A stretch of 64,000 nt of DNA from Antedon mediterranea (taxonomy: Eukaryota > Animalia > Echinodermata): positions 27,918,871 through 27,982,870 of the forward strand of contig NC_092676.1 of NCBI RefSeq assembly GCF_964355755.1, in the 5' to 3' direction. The translations under genes and the position numbers were made by a program. The stretch's first letter is position 1; each line of letters starts with the position of its first letter. Shown here piece after piece: positions 25,146-38,106 of this stretch. A model generated the notes under the pieces. That model was not told the DNA's origin and did not search any database. It was given only the letters and a program-made list of their open reading frames with translations.

Positions 25146-28100
25146 ATGGATTCCTTTTGGCTCCCTGTGAGCATCATCCTTTCTATTTTATCATCCCCCG
25201 TCTTTAGCTTGACGACTTGCCCATGCTCAGATAGTTCTCTCTGTAATCCAGTCAGCAGTCCTCCAAGAAAAGAGGTAAGAAATAATATATTATTGTAGGC
25301 AATTTATGAAATATAGATAGTGGTGCAATAATAATGCAATTATAGGCCTATTCGCAAACATGCAAATTTATTGTCGGCCTATTTTATTTACCGCCGAAGC
25401 CGAGACTAAATTCAACTCTACAGTTTAATGCAGGTGATGATGACGGAAATTGTTATGATTTTTTGGGGGTTTCTTCTTGTATAAGCCTGCTTTTAAAATT
25501 AAAAAATATGATTTTAGATTATGAAATAGGCTAACACTCTGGCAATTATAGGTTTTAGTATTCCAGCACCGAGGAACGTTATGGAAGAGCTATGATTGGT
25601 CAATAGTTACAACAGTTGCGATGTTTGGGAAATATGACCCTGATCTGATGTGCTATGCACATTCCAAAGGAGCAAGAGTTGTTTTAAAAGGTAGGCCTCA
25701 TGGTTTTATTATTACTCCATGTTATATCCCAGTTGGTTGTAGTTAGCCACACAGTAATAATTGATATATGAATAAAACCCCCTCAAAGAAATAACGATAA
25801 CGAAACCAGAAACAAAAGACGCCTTAAGTTAATGAAAGTAGGCCTATAAGTATAATGATGCATTATAAAATAATAAAAACAATCGTGACGTGTTGGGATT
25901 CAATGTTTCCACATAAACTAAAGCTCAGTTCAGTTTGAGAAAAAAAAGTACCCAAATATGGTATAGTGATATACCCAAATATGGTAGTGATATGACATCA
26001 TCATGTCCATATATAGGCACATCAGATTTTTTGTCACATGAAGTCATGATGTGTAGACAGAGCTTAAGTCTTAATTATATGCCTATTTTAAATCCTGACA
26101 CGATGGCGATTAGCGTATACAGCACATACCAATAACTCTGAACATAATCCATTTTGTTTTTCATACTTTTTTTGGTACTGAAATTTGACAGGCGATCTAC
26201 CAGTTGCACAATTAAAGAATTCAACGTATACCAAGTTGTGGATAAAGCAGCAAGTTAAACTGGCTCAGGATCAGTTTATGGATGGTATCAACATCGACAT
26301 TGAAGAGGCTTTACCGAAATCAGAAGCTCCCTTGCTAACAAAACTAATTGCAGATACTTCTAAGGCTTTTCACGAAGCTATACCAGGGTCTCAGGTACCA
26401 TTTTAAAAGCTTTTCTGTTATTAATTGTATAATTTTCAGCAGGCATCATTATTAATATTATTAAAATCGTTAAAGAGGCGTTTCGTCGGGCCTCGTCGTA
26501 CGATGCTGTCTGAGTTGGCCCAGTACGCTCTAATTCGAGGATTAATATAATTTTATACAGGTTAGTACTGACGTTATGTACTCCCCAAACTGCATAAATG
26601 AATGCTGTTTTGACTACAAAGGCATCGCAGACGCATGTGACTTTCTGATGCTGATGTCATATGACGAGCAAAGTCAGATATACGGTGACTGTATTGCCAT
26701 GGCAAACTCGCCATACAACAAGACAGCTAAAGGTTTGTAGAAACAACATTTTGTAAATTACGAATTTTAAAGCATACATTGTTTCCAACGAATGGGTTTC
26801 ACAAACGCATTTCGATCTCGAATTAATAAAAAGGAGAATATTAAACAGGTAAAAATGATTCTACGTGTATGTAGAAAAGGTTAGTTTCCAATAACCGCCA
26901 GAGCAGCAGGAGTTTGAAACAAACGTGTAATCGATTTTGTCCGTTAAAAAATGTTTAAATGTGCGCATTTATATCCACAAACATTTTAGTTTGGTATAAG
27001 TACAAACCGATTATCGCCACATACTAATCATTTTGTAATTAAAAATACATTTTAGTGGAAATTGTGTTCGAAAAGTGATTTAACTTTTGTATGTTTGCAG
27101 GTGTGACAGAATACCTAAAATTAGGGATTTCACCCGATAAACTAGTACTTGGCGTACCATGGTACGGATATGATTACACATGTCTCCATCTAACACAGGT
27201 AACTAGCAGTTGTGACCATTTTTAACAAGTACTGTAAAGTGTTTATCTGAACGAGACCTGTAGAGAAATTTCAATCTTTTGGTTTAATTCTAAAATCAAA
27301 TTCAGATTCATTTTGGTCACTAAAAAGACTTTTCAGGCTAGAGGGGAAAAGCATTTAAAGACAGTACGCTGTCATAAAGCTTGGTTCTCTCGCTAGACAC
27401 AGCGCAATGACGTAAGCCGCAATTCAAGCGAATGGCCAATTAAAAGCAATGGTTTAGTTCAACTGTTGCTTGTGGTTGGTCAACTCGCTTGCGTTGCGGC
27501 TTACGTCCTTGCGTTGCATCTAGTGGGAACCGAGCTTTAATAATTATACATTCAAATATTTTAACGTTATTCTGCCATGTTTTAAAATAATTAACATGAC
27601 TTTTTGTTAGGATCGCGTGTGCAGTATAGCGAAGGTTCCGTTCCGTGGCGCACCGTGCAGTGACGCGGGTGGCAAGCAAGTAGCGTACTTCGTCATTCAA
27701 GAGATCTTAGCTGCCAATTCTACAACGGGCAGATTATGGAACAGCACTTATGAAGCGCCTTACTTCCAGTATAAGGTACGATAGATTAGACAGCTCATCT
27801 TTTGAATAAACTATTTTATCTGTCTGAAACTTCGCAATCAAATCTATAAAACGAATCTCGGGTGAAAGGTTATAGCAATTACAATTGAACGATAGGTTTA
27901 AACCAATAACACTATACATATATGTAGATTTGAGAATGTAAAGCTCTGTCTACACTATCAACATGTGATTTGCCCATGTGACACGATGATGTAATACCAC
28001 TATCATATTTGGGCATATCACTACCATATTTGGGCACATCACACTATAAAATCGTAAAAACATATTTCATCTTACAGAACACAGAAACTGGAAGAACACA

Positions 28101-28266
28101 TCAGATGTGGTATGACGATCCTGAGTCTCTTAGTTACCGTTACAAATACGCCAAGAGCGCAGACTTACGAGGAATTGGAGTATGGCATGGAGATTGTCTG
28201 GACTACGATGGGAAAGGGAAACAACAAGCCAGGGAAATGTGGGAAGCGATTACGTCATTTCTATAA
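25146..28266 (+). CDS. CTBS: Di-N-acetylchitobiase (GH18), paralogue 2, 7 exons
   Basis: MDSFWLPVSIILSIL signal peptide; same exon structure as paralogue 1; DGINIDIE retained; ends WEAITSFL*. Exons ~25146-25274, 25552-25690, 26192-26394, 26561-26732, 27101-27198, 27611-27775, 28078-28266. Confidence 0.92.
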
Positions 28267-28886
28267 GTTTAAAGTTTTATATACTAGAATTTAACTGTAG
28301 TAAAAAAAGATATATAGTACATACATGTTATAAACACATTGTTTAACCCATGTTGTTTTTTATACTTTTTTTTATATCTTTGTCACAGAATGAATAAAAA
28401 TTATTATATGTTACTTTATACACACCTAAGTATATACTTTGCCATTTTATTGGTTGATTTCGTATCGTGGCATTTGTAATATCTTTCCATTCAAACCATT
28501 ACCATGCATTATTTGTATACTTAATGTTAAAAACTTCCAAACAAATGCCACCAACTTTATCTTTATAAAGCAAGTTGGAATATGCATATTATACACAATT
28601 TAGGTTTATCTGTATTTATACACATTAACATAGGAATAAAGGTTTATACTATTGATACATATGCTTTCTTAATTTTATATACAGTACTCTGTAGAGTCAT
28701 TATAATTCTATCTTTATATAATATTTATGCAGTGGGTAATGACTTGTGTACGCTTTGTTCAGTGTTATATACATGTATTTGCATATTCTTTGATAAAGTA
28801 ATATGTAAATTAATCTATTTATTTTTCACAAAGCTAGGGTGTCTCCAAAGAAATTTACAAACGGTACCATATGCAATCATTTGTTT

Positions 28887-31800
28887 TCATAAAGCTAGGG
28901 TGTCTCGAAGCAATTTACGAACAGTGGTGCCCATTGATGCGTTGCCAGGAGTAGATGACTGGTAAGAAATCTATAAAAAAAAAACATTTGAAAATATTCT
29001 TTTTAGTTGTTTTTATTAAAATTTCTATGCAAATAAAATGTTTAGGTTTTATACAACATGCAACAAACAAATTTCTTAAGTATCGTGTACATCTATCAAC
29101 TAGCAGGGCTTTAAGCTGGCACAACAACTCAAGTGCCTCTTCTCTACTAAGTTAAATTCTAAAGAGTTTTTTCAACAAGATATTTCGTTCTAAGATGACA
29201 TACTTCATAATGTACAGGTTCGCATTAGTGTAGTAATATGTGAGTGAATGATTACAGCAGGGAGTTGTTATACAGGAAATGCTATAAACAGATTTCTACA
29301 GTACTACAGTAATTAATTAAAATGAACAAGTAGGTTGGGTTCAGCATATCATATTTTTAAACTTAGAATCATTAATTTCAATTTAATAACAGGTCAACAC
29401 ACTGTATTATTATGACAAATTTGAAATCGGAGACAGAAATATTTTGATTAGGTAAAATTCATAGATATAAAATGACAATATATATAAATCCAAAGGCAAA
29501 TTACTGAAAAAATGACAATGCTGTGGGTATCAGTGGCTGGATCTCAATGGAGATACAAAAAAAAAGCTAAAAGCTAAATCAAAACGATACGGTAAAACAG
29601 CCAGAAAAGTTAGCAGAGCTTTCGGGCAACACTAGCCCTTCATCAGTGCAATGACAATATATATATATATATATATATATTGTAGGTTGTCTTTTGTGGA
29701 AGTTGCTTATATTGTTAATCTCCTGGTGAAATTGTTTTCATTTTTGTTTTATGTTTTTTGTATGTTTTGTATATAGATGTACTATGCGAAATAAAGAAAA
29801 TGAATGAATATATATATATATACATATGAAAAGCTGATATGCAAAAGGGCTTGTGTTTAACATATATAACCAAACTGTAATATTAATAACATATACTATT
29901 AAAATTCAAAATCGAATAATGTGTATAGGGGTTGATAATATTATGGATATTTCAGATTTCAGGATAGGGAAATTTTATTGATTTGCCAACTTTCTTTGCA
30001 TTTCGTGTCATATATTTTATACCTTGAATAAATATGGTTGAACATCATTACAAGAGATATCATAGACAGACTCTACTTCTGATTGGTTAGGTGCCTTTGG
30101 CAAGTAATCAGCTTTATCTATTGCCTCTGCTATACATAGCACTTTGTCGCTTAAAATTTCACCAAGCTTTTCACGATTCGTTTGCCTCTCTAAACAGAAT
30201 TAGAAAAGCAAATTAAACCTCTGTAAATGTGACACCATTTTGAAATATATATATATGTACAAAAAGCAAATTTTATATTTTTTTGAATATTACAGGCTAG
30301 ATCCCTTTCACATTGCCTAGAAAACCCCCAGAGTTTATATGTTAAAATTGTTTGTATGGTGTGCGCCTCTATAAAGCTCTGTCTGTGCCTAAATATGGAC
30401 ATGGTGATGTCATATCACTACCATATTTGGACATATCACTACCATATTTGGGCATATCACTACCATATTTGGGCATTACACCAACATATTTACCATGCTC
30501 ATTTGACAGTGATATGACATTCACTTTAATGATCCACAGTTCCCATGGAACATTCTCGGGTGGAAATGGCCATCTACTTTTTCGCTTTTGATAAAATTCT
30601 AAGCAAATCTAAAAAAATAAATTATTCAAAAGTTAATAACAAATATGTACATTTTTTTTTTATTAACTACGCTATTAAAATATAGCTATCAAGGCTGTAG
30701 TGAGAGGTTAAACATAGACGAAGGAAAATATGCTCGAAACAAATTACTGTATTAATATAAAATACAACAAGCTGTGCTGGGGATTGGGGGTGGTGAAAAC
30801 TGAAAATTTCAGGCTATGGCCCTGGATATAGTTCAATTTTTGTTATATTGCAATTGTTGATTGGGAAACGGCAAGATATCTGGTCCCAGAATACCACATG
30901 TTGTTTATAAGGATCTTTAAAAACCGATACCTGACCACATTGGAGTCCTTCAGTAGATCTCATCAGGTCTTTAAAACCTGCAACTTCTTTCTTGAGAGTT
31001 TCATCTAACTCATCAGAATCGCAACGTACCTGTAGAAAAGTGGATTTTGTTTTTAGAATCTAACGGCAGGTACACATCATTGAAGTCCAGTATTACCACT
31101 GAATAATAATATAGAATACAATATAGAAAATTGGCAGAATGAATAGATGTGTACTATGTAATAGAGTACATAGCCTAAGAGAGAGTCACAGTGTATAATA
31201 AGATTATGTAGTGGTTGAGATGCTTGCTTATCAATCCCACTGTGATTTGTTCAAATCCTGACTCAGTCACAGTCGTGTGTGGAAAACCAAATTAAAATCT
31301 TACGTAAGTAAAGTCAACAAAGTCGCAGTCAACATCAACAAAACCGACAGTTCCTACAGAATACGTCCCCTCTTGTTTATACTTGAACTATAAGAAAAAA
31401 AAAGAAGCTAAAAATAGCATTATGGACAATTTTAAATATGATTACTATAAAATGCAACATACAGTAAGTCTAATCAAGATTATTTGAAAGCTCTGTCTAC
31501 ACTATCAAACTAGTTTGACAAAAAAGTGTGATGTGCCAAAATATGGTAGTGATATGACATCATCATGTCCATGGGATATCACATTTTTTTGTCACTTAAA
31601 GTTTGATACGGTAGTGTAGACAGAGCTTAAAGGGGGGTTCCGGGCTTAAAGGGGGGTTCCGGGTTTAAAATGAATAGTAAAAAATGTAAAATATATTTGT
31701 TTGTCTCTTGAACGGTAAAAGTTTCAATTTATATAAGCGCCCTGTGAAGCAGAACGAAGGCTGTGAAATGAGGCCAGATTACAAGTGCAGCTACGGCAAA

Positions 31801-33659
31801 ATCACACTGTGGTTACAGAATAGGAAATTCGTGAAATGGTCAATCTTCCGACGACTCGTTATCATTAACCATATCAATTACTTTTGTAAAATTATACTTA
31901 TCTGATGTAATTTTAGTCGGTCTTCCCATTTATAAAGTCAATTTTCTATGAAAATCCATCAAAACAGTGAAAAATTAGATAAGTTTGCACTTTACGTTTG
32001 CCGATTTTCGCACTGACTTAGGGAAAGCCTTCAAAATCAATGAAGCGTAACGTATACATTCCTGCTGAGCGAGGAGAGCGAGACGACGATACACGTGCTC
32101 TCTCTGCCCATGCCTGGCATCGTCACGTGATAAGCAGATACAGTATACAATACCAAACTGGTCGGGTCGAGTATACCCCGTCTATAATCACAACATGAAC
32201 GATGTACAGTATTTGATTGAAGGTCGACTCAACCTACCGGAATGGTATAGATAATATAGCTCGAATGAGAGAGTTGGAATATTTGTAAACATAAGTACAG
32301 TATTGCTAATTTTAACAAGTGTAGCCTATAGTAAAAGGCCTGGTAGAATCAATTCGCATAGGGTCTACTACACTAGCTAGCTCAATTTTTAACTGGGCCG
32401 GATCGGCTAGGCTAGGTCTCCTTCCTACTACCGGTCTACTTGCTTGATGCAGTATCCGCTTTTTTGGAGAGTAAACTAGGCCTACTTATTAGACGATCGG
32501 GACACCATACGTGCGGACGGCGATCGGACCTTGTTTTGCCTCAATATTTACAGCCGATTTTTGTAGAACGTTTTAGGTTTAGATTGTTTAGGAGTTTGGT
32601 TGATAGGATGGGTTTGGAATCCACTGAGTTTTGTTATTTATGGGCCAATCGTTTAGTAATAGGCTAGCTAGGCCCATGAATGATGGCCCCAATGTTTTAA
32701 CGTAGCCATCGTGGCATGGAATCCCTAGTCAGAAATGGCTCTCAGCCCGGCATGAATAAAATGATTTAGGCTAGGCCTAGCCTAGTACGTGAAGCCGATA
32801 TACGATCTGTACTATTAATTCGAGGTATAAAAATAGTATAATTTATGACTCCGTAATCTGTACTAAATTTTGTATTTCATTAAATGTCAAATAAATACAT
32901 GCTACTACTGTTATTATTACACTTTAGGCCTAGCTTAGCAAATCTACAAAAAATGTATTTCACAATGATCGTCGTTTGACAGAGGAGAGAGAACACAACG
33001 TACAAGCTTGACGTCGCGAGTTTGGAATCCACTGATGACGTGATTTTGTGAATATCTCATGAATATTAATGAGCTTCCCTAAGCTGCTGAAAAACAGACT
33101 TTCCATGAATTTACCCTAAAATGTGAGCCTGAAAATGTATATGAAATTTAATTTTTTTAATTTCTCGTTATTACTTCTTCATTCTTAATATTTTTTATTT
33201 AATAAATAAACGATATTTAAAAGCAATTTTAAACCCAGAATCCCCCTTTAAGACAATGTGAACCATACGATACCTTGCCTGTGGTTCGATGAAACAAGAG
33301 TGTATGGAATAATGCAAGCACAGCTTCTTCTATTTGTATCCCTTCTAAAGACTAAATCATAAAAAAATGAATCGTATCATAATTCTTATACAATTAATAC
33401 ATCGTAAAACTCTGTCTATACTATCAAACGAGTTTGACAAAAAAAAGTGTGATGTGTCAAAATATGGGAGTAATATAACACCACCGTGTCCATATGGGCA
33501 CATCACATTTTGTTTTATAGTGTAGACAGAGGTTTGAAATTTTGTTCTGAAAATATATAGGCCTATATATCTAAAAAATCCTATTTCGATTAAATAGAAT
33601 ACACATTAATAACAATACATAAAACTTACAAGTTCCAATATTTGGGACCTTGCATTCAT
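28887..33659 (-). CDS. ATG101: Autophagy-related protein 101 (HORMA domain), 7 coding exons; absent from the ORF track because the exons are short
   Basis: Spliced translation [10 protein letters not shown]|[26 protein letters not shown]|[28 protein letters not shown]|[11 protein letters not shown]|[21 protein letters not shown]..|..[18 protein letters not shown]|[17 protein letters not shown]. Exons ~33630-33659, 33274-33351, 31304-31387, 30931-31029, 30494-30608, 30023-30188, 28887-28970; probable 5'UTR exon ending at ~34187. Confidence 0.95.
29487..29649 (-). mobile_element. Penelope-type pLTR fragment with 16-bp TSD carrying a hammerhead motif
   Basis: Flanked by AATGACAATATATATA on both sides; the 3' end ...GCCTTTGGATT is shared with the 17261 copy; a degenerate third copy lies on + at ~38120-38290. 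Confidence 0.7.
29613..29649 (-). ncRNA. Minimal type I hammerhead ribozyme motif
   Basis: GCA-CUGAUGA-A-GGGC(UAGUGUU)GCCC-GAA-A(GC)U-C-UGC: core boxes, 4-bp stem II, palindromic AGCU stem III, 3-bp stem I. Confidence 0.65.
31650..33247. mobile_element. ~1.6 kb non-autonomous Kolobok-type DNA transposon in an ATG101 intron
   Basis: TTAA|AGGGGGGTTCCGGGTTTAAAAT ... ATTTTAAACCCAGAATCCCCCT|TTAA; internal imperfect palindrome CTCATGAATATTAATGAG at ~33056-33073; no long ORF. Confidence 0.8.
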
Positions 33660-36600
33660 TGTAATTGTTTCTTTTTGTAGATCCAGTCACATAATTGAAT
33701 GGTGTACTGTGCTATATAATTTATAATTAAAAAGGTATAATAATACTAATTAATAAAATAGCTAGGCCTACAAAAATTGATAGAAAAAATTAATTTGTTT
33801 AGTAATACTATAATAGTATAATAAATATATACTCTACAGAATTTTTCAGAAAACAATCTATCAATATATAATAGGTCTCATTATTAATTCATTCACAGTT
33901 TTTATAAAATAAATAACAGCATTTGGAATAGTAGTACTAAGTATAGTATGCTAAATAAATCTAGGCGAGAAAGAAAACATTAGTTCATGCTAGGCCTAGG
34001 ATTCGTCAGTCGGGTGTATCTGCACGACCAGACCTGCCTAGCCTGGACTGGACATGTCTAGTTCACCTGGCCTAGAAATAATAATGTAAATATAACTACA
34101 CTAAAAAGCATATATACCTAAATAATATAACTATGTATAGCTTTAATGCCATTAAAATCACATTGGATATAAAACATATCAGTTACCTGTCAAATTCCTA
34201 TCTAAATTTCATCGAAAACCTACAAAAAGTTAGTCAACGAAAACAACAACAACAAACGTACCAAGTTTATGTTATGCGTTGATCGGTAGTATGCCGTCAA
34301 CCTATAATCACAGCGCGTTCATCTACTACAGAAGACGCAATGGATAACGCTTTAAAACGAATCATCATTCATTTTGTTACGCTTAATGAATAAATGTTCG
34401 TTTAAAAATTAATTGGTATATGTAGTGTATCAATCCAAGTATCTTTAATGTCATATAAATAGAGGAATTAATATATCCGTAATAATATAGCCGTAACGTA
34501 AATTTGTCCAACGCTAGCAAAACACCTGGATCGTAGACTTTTTTAAATGTTATATGTGATTTTATATTGATTTGTATTTTGTATGCATATTTTTTACTAT
34601 CTCTGCAGTGTATATAATAGGAATTTCTGATGTATGTTTTTATATATTGGACCAAATAAAGAATAGATAATAATAATATGAAAGTGGAAGATCGTTGTGA
34701 AAATGAGATTATTAATATCGTGTATTTGAAGCACCATTTTTGAAAATATTGTAGATCGTTTTTATACGTACACACGTACACGAACCGTTTGGTTGAGGAA
34801 AACCATGAAATTTCGAGCGTTTTATGACGACACACCAAGCGCGAAAAATTTGCTCTCTGCTATGACTTGATGTTTTTCCTGGTTCACGGACGGTATCATC
34901 TTTTCAAATTTAACTTATCCTAATCAAAGCATATTTATAATAAAATACCTTCTGATCACTGTCCATATATAGGTTGATTGACGTGTGCAATTGTTTGATA
35001 TAAGTTCGAATTTTTACTAACAGACGTTTCCAAAGTATGCCCATACATCTCATAATTGGTACGCACTCAGCCGTTTTACTGTAAATATCATAATTACTAC
35101 AAGTGTATAAGATTTGATAAGCCCATAGGAATGCTTAATACAAAAAGATTTATAACGTCAAATTATGACAGGTATATTTTTACGAACACTACAGACAAGA
35201 AACCATCGATACATGTCCTATAGTATGTACATTTAGAGTGTGATTTCATTGGTGTTATAACTCTTTCTCATCTACGCAAATCATTAGTAGGCCTAAATCA
35301 ACAAAAAGTTAACGCGCGCGTACAAAAACTGTACCATATTATTATCAACATTTCAACGCGCGCGTACATAAATCCCACTACTATCAGTATTTAAACGCCG
35401 CAGACGATTGGAAACAATTTACATCACAGTTTGGTTATAATTTTTATTTTAAGGCGTTGTTTAAACCACCAAACTAAACACGTTAGTTATCTTCTTCAGG
35501 CAGGAGACAGGTCACATTGTGGCACACACTCTGTCATAAGTTACCAAAACATGTCCCGCTGGTAGGCCAATGAAAATATTATTCTTACAGAAGTGTCATT
35601 TTTATTTAAAATAAATTAGTACCGGTATCATACGTGACTGGAAACAAAAAATAAACAAAATGTTGTTAACTTTAAAAAAAATCTAGTCTATCATCGTTCC
35701 CTTAACACGTGGATTAAAAAACCAATTTCATGTGAATTATTGATATTACACATTTTAATGACTTTTTCTTAGAAAAACAAAACTATTTAATCTCGACAGG
35801 ATTATACTATTTAGCGCCTGGGGCGTTAGGAAGTTTGTTTAAAGTCTGGTAACAGGTTTATTCCCCGGGGTAGTAGGATACAAGCCATTAGAATTCCTGA
35901 TGGCTTACCGATATTTTCCCGAAATTGCCACGGAAATAACGGTCGGTGAACTTACATAGTTTATAAGTAGATTTTATGGGCGTCAATAACAAACCATGAA
36001 ATCGCGCGTGAAAATCAATACGAGCGCTTCTCGTCATGATGAATCAACCAGACATCTAAGCATATGTCAGACGACAACAATAATTAATTAGCCAATAAAA
36101 TCACTATTACGTAACGTTATTTGCGAATAACCAAATTTTCTTATCGGAATTCCCGTAGATTTTATTTCCTAAAGTCGTTTCAAACGATGCTGTAATTTCA
36201 TAATGTGAAAAAAGCATGTTTATATCATTTCCGGTCTAGCACATGCGTAAACGGAATGTATCCACTGAGCTGACAGTAATAAATGACATCACTAATGGTC
36301 ACGTGTTATTTGTAAATTCATATTTTATTATCTCTCGGTTGAGTATGTGTATACAGTCGCTACGGTGCGATAAGCATGGACATATCCCGGAGGTATTGCG
36401 TCCGACGACGACGATAATATTATTAATATTGTAGGATTAACTATATAACTGATATATACCGTAATATCATTATGAAATAAGAAGTTTACTGTTGGAATTT
36501 GAAAAGGAATTTATATTTATTATTGATTGCAGACTTCAACACAGGTAAGTTGTAGTGTCATGTTTACATAGCTTTATATACCAATAAACTGCACAAGTGT

Positions 36601-37926
36601 ACCTTGATTGTTACCTGGTCTTGTCTGTTTATTTTGTAATCATGACTCTTGGGAGGTGACAACGATTCTTTATTAATAAATCGGGTCATCTCAAAAATCA
36701 ATTTATTACTGATATGATTATCGTAATGCGTCTGATGATATCTTACTATAACATACACTAAACCTATTAAAATATACAAATATTATTATTACTAGATTCA
36801 ATTTGTCGTGCTGTTTTAATGATTTTTTTTTGATTTCTTGTGTAGGGAGGCCTACACATTTTGTGTAACATTCTTCAATATTAGACGATGCATTTGTTTC
36901 TTCAATTATTAGGAGGCCTACAATTTCAGTCGAGAAACGTTGTTTTCTAAAGTACTTACTTATACTTACTTTTAAATCGTCGATGAAGTGTAAATGGGGT
37001 CTAGTCCTTAGTCCGGGACATACCCGATTTATACAGTAACATATACAGTAACATATACAGTATTCTTCCGTACAGTGCTATAAACTGGTGGTGGTGTTGA
37101 GAGTAAAGCAAATTACGGGGATTCCATTGGTGTTAGAAAGTGGGTGTGGATGTGTGTGGTCAATTGCAAGTGTTTTAGGAGAGAAGAGGAGGAAGGAGGG
37201 TCAATTGAACCACAATTTAAATAATGCCAATAAAACCATCAAGTAAAAACAACCTCCATGATTAAATTAAACCCACCTCATAACACATAACATAATAGTC
37301 ATTTTAATATTTATTTTTTGTCTGATCAGAAGCATTTTTCAATGTTATGATCATGCATGCATAATGTTTTAATTACTCATCTTTCATCATCAGTTTTAGT
37401 AGTGACCATGTACTTTTAACTGCATTTGTATGATGTAGCCAAACTCTGTATAATGTAATTATCTATTGGCTGTGTAACGCAATACACATGCATTACTTAC
37501 GGTAATTTGTTTTATCTGCAACTAAAGACGAGGAATTAATTACTTATATCAAATAAGGCTTTATACCATATGCCTCACATTTTATACCATTATCTTGAAT
37601 TATTTAAATGTTTATCGTTTGTATAGATGACTCATCGTTTCTAATTCATTTTCTAAAGTAACTTCGTACAGTACATAAATCAGTGACTTTAGTTCACGTT
37701 TACTGCGAGGTAATAACCGGATAGATTCTGATACGGTGCGTTTCTGCTGATCCACTTAGCGATATGGCACGCTTTCTGTGTGTTTGCTGCGACAATAAAT
37801 TAAGTTTATTGACGCATATTACTTCATAATGTACCGTACACTAGCCTTTCATGAGTAGATGATAACATATATATTTAAGTTATTAGTACATACGTAACTA
37901 TGTATAGTTAGTATACTTCGGTAAAC

Positions 37927-37958
37927 CATGGAGGAAATAATATAATATTTCCTCCATG
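37927..37958. mobile_element. 32-bp hairpin (putative P-element footprint, TSD not recognisable)
   Basis: CATGGAGGAAATA-ATATAA-TATTTCCTCCATG; same arms as 18818. Confidence 0.5.
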
Positions 37959-38070
37959 CATGCAACTACAGCATAATCGAAAATAAAATATGATACCAGA
38001 GCTAGCTCTTTTAATTTTGTAATATTAAATAATTACAGTACTTCTTTAGATTGTAGATATATAGTTTTAT

Positions 38071-38106
38071 CAGGAAAGAGTGAAATTACAATTTTACTCT
38101 TCCCTG
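38071..38106. mobile_element. 36-bp hairpin with exact 7-bp TSD and 17-bp arms (putative P-element footprint)
   Basis: GTTTTAT|CAGGAAAGAGTGAAATT-AC-AATTTTACTCTTCCCTG|GTTTTAT. Confidence 0.75.

Noticed and set aside
32440-32560. THAP/transposase remnant in the Kolobok-type element
   Set aside because: Only a faint YG-C-like hint that needs a frameshift; not supportable.
34383-34838. 151-aa minus-strand ORF
   Set aside because: AT-rich I/Y/F/K composition with no recognisable domain; likely a chance ORF.
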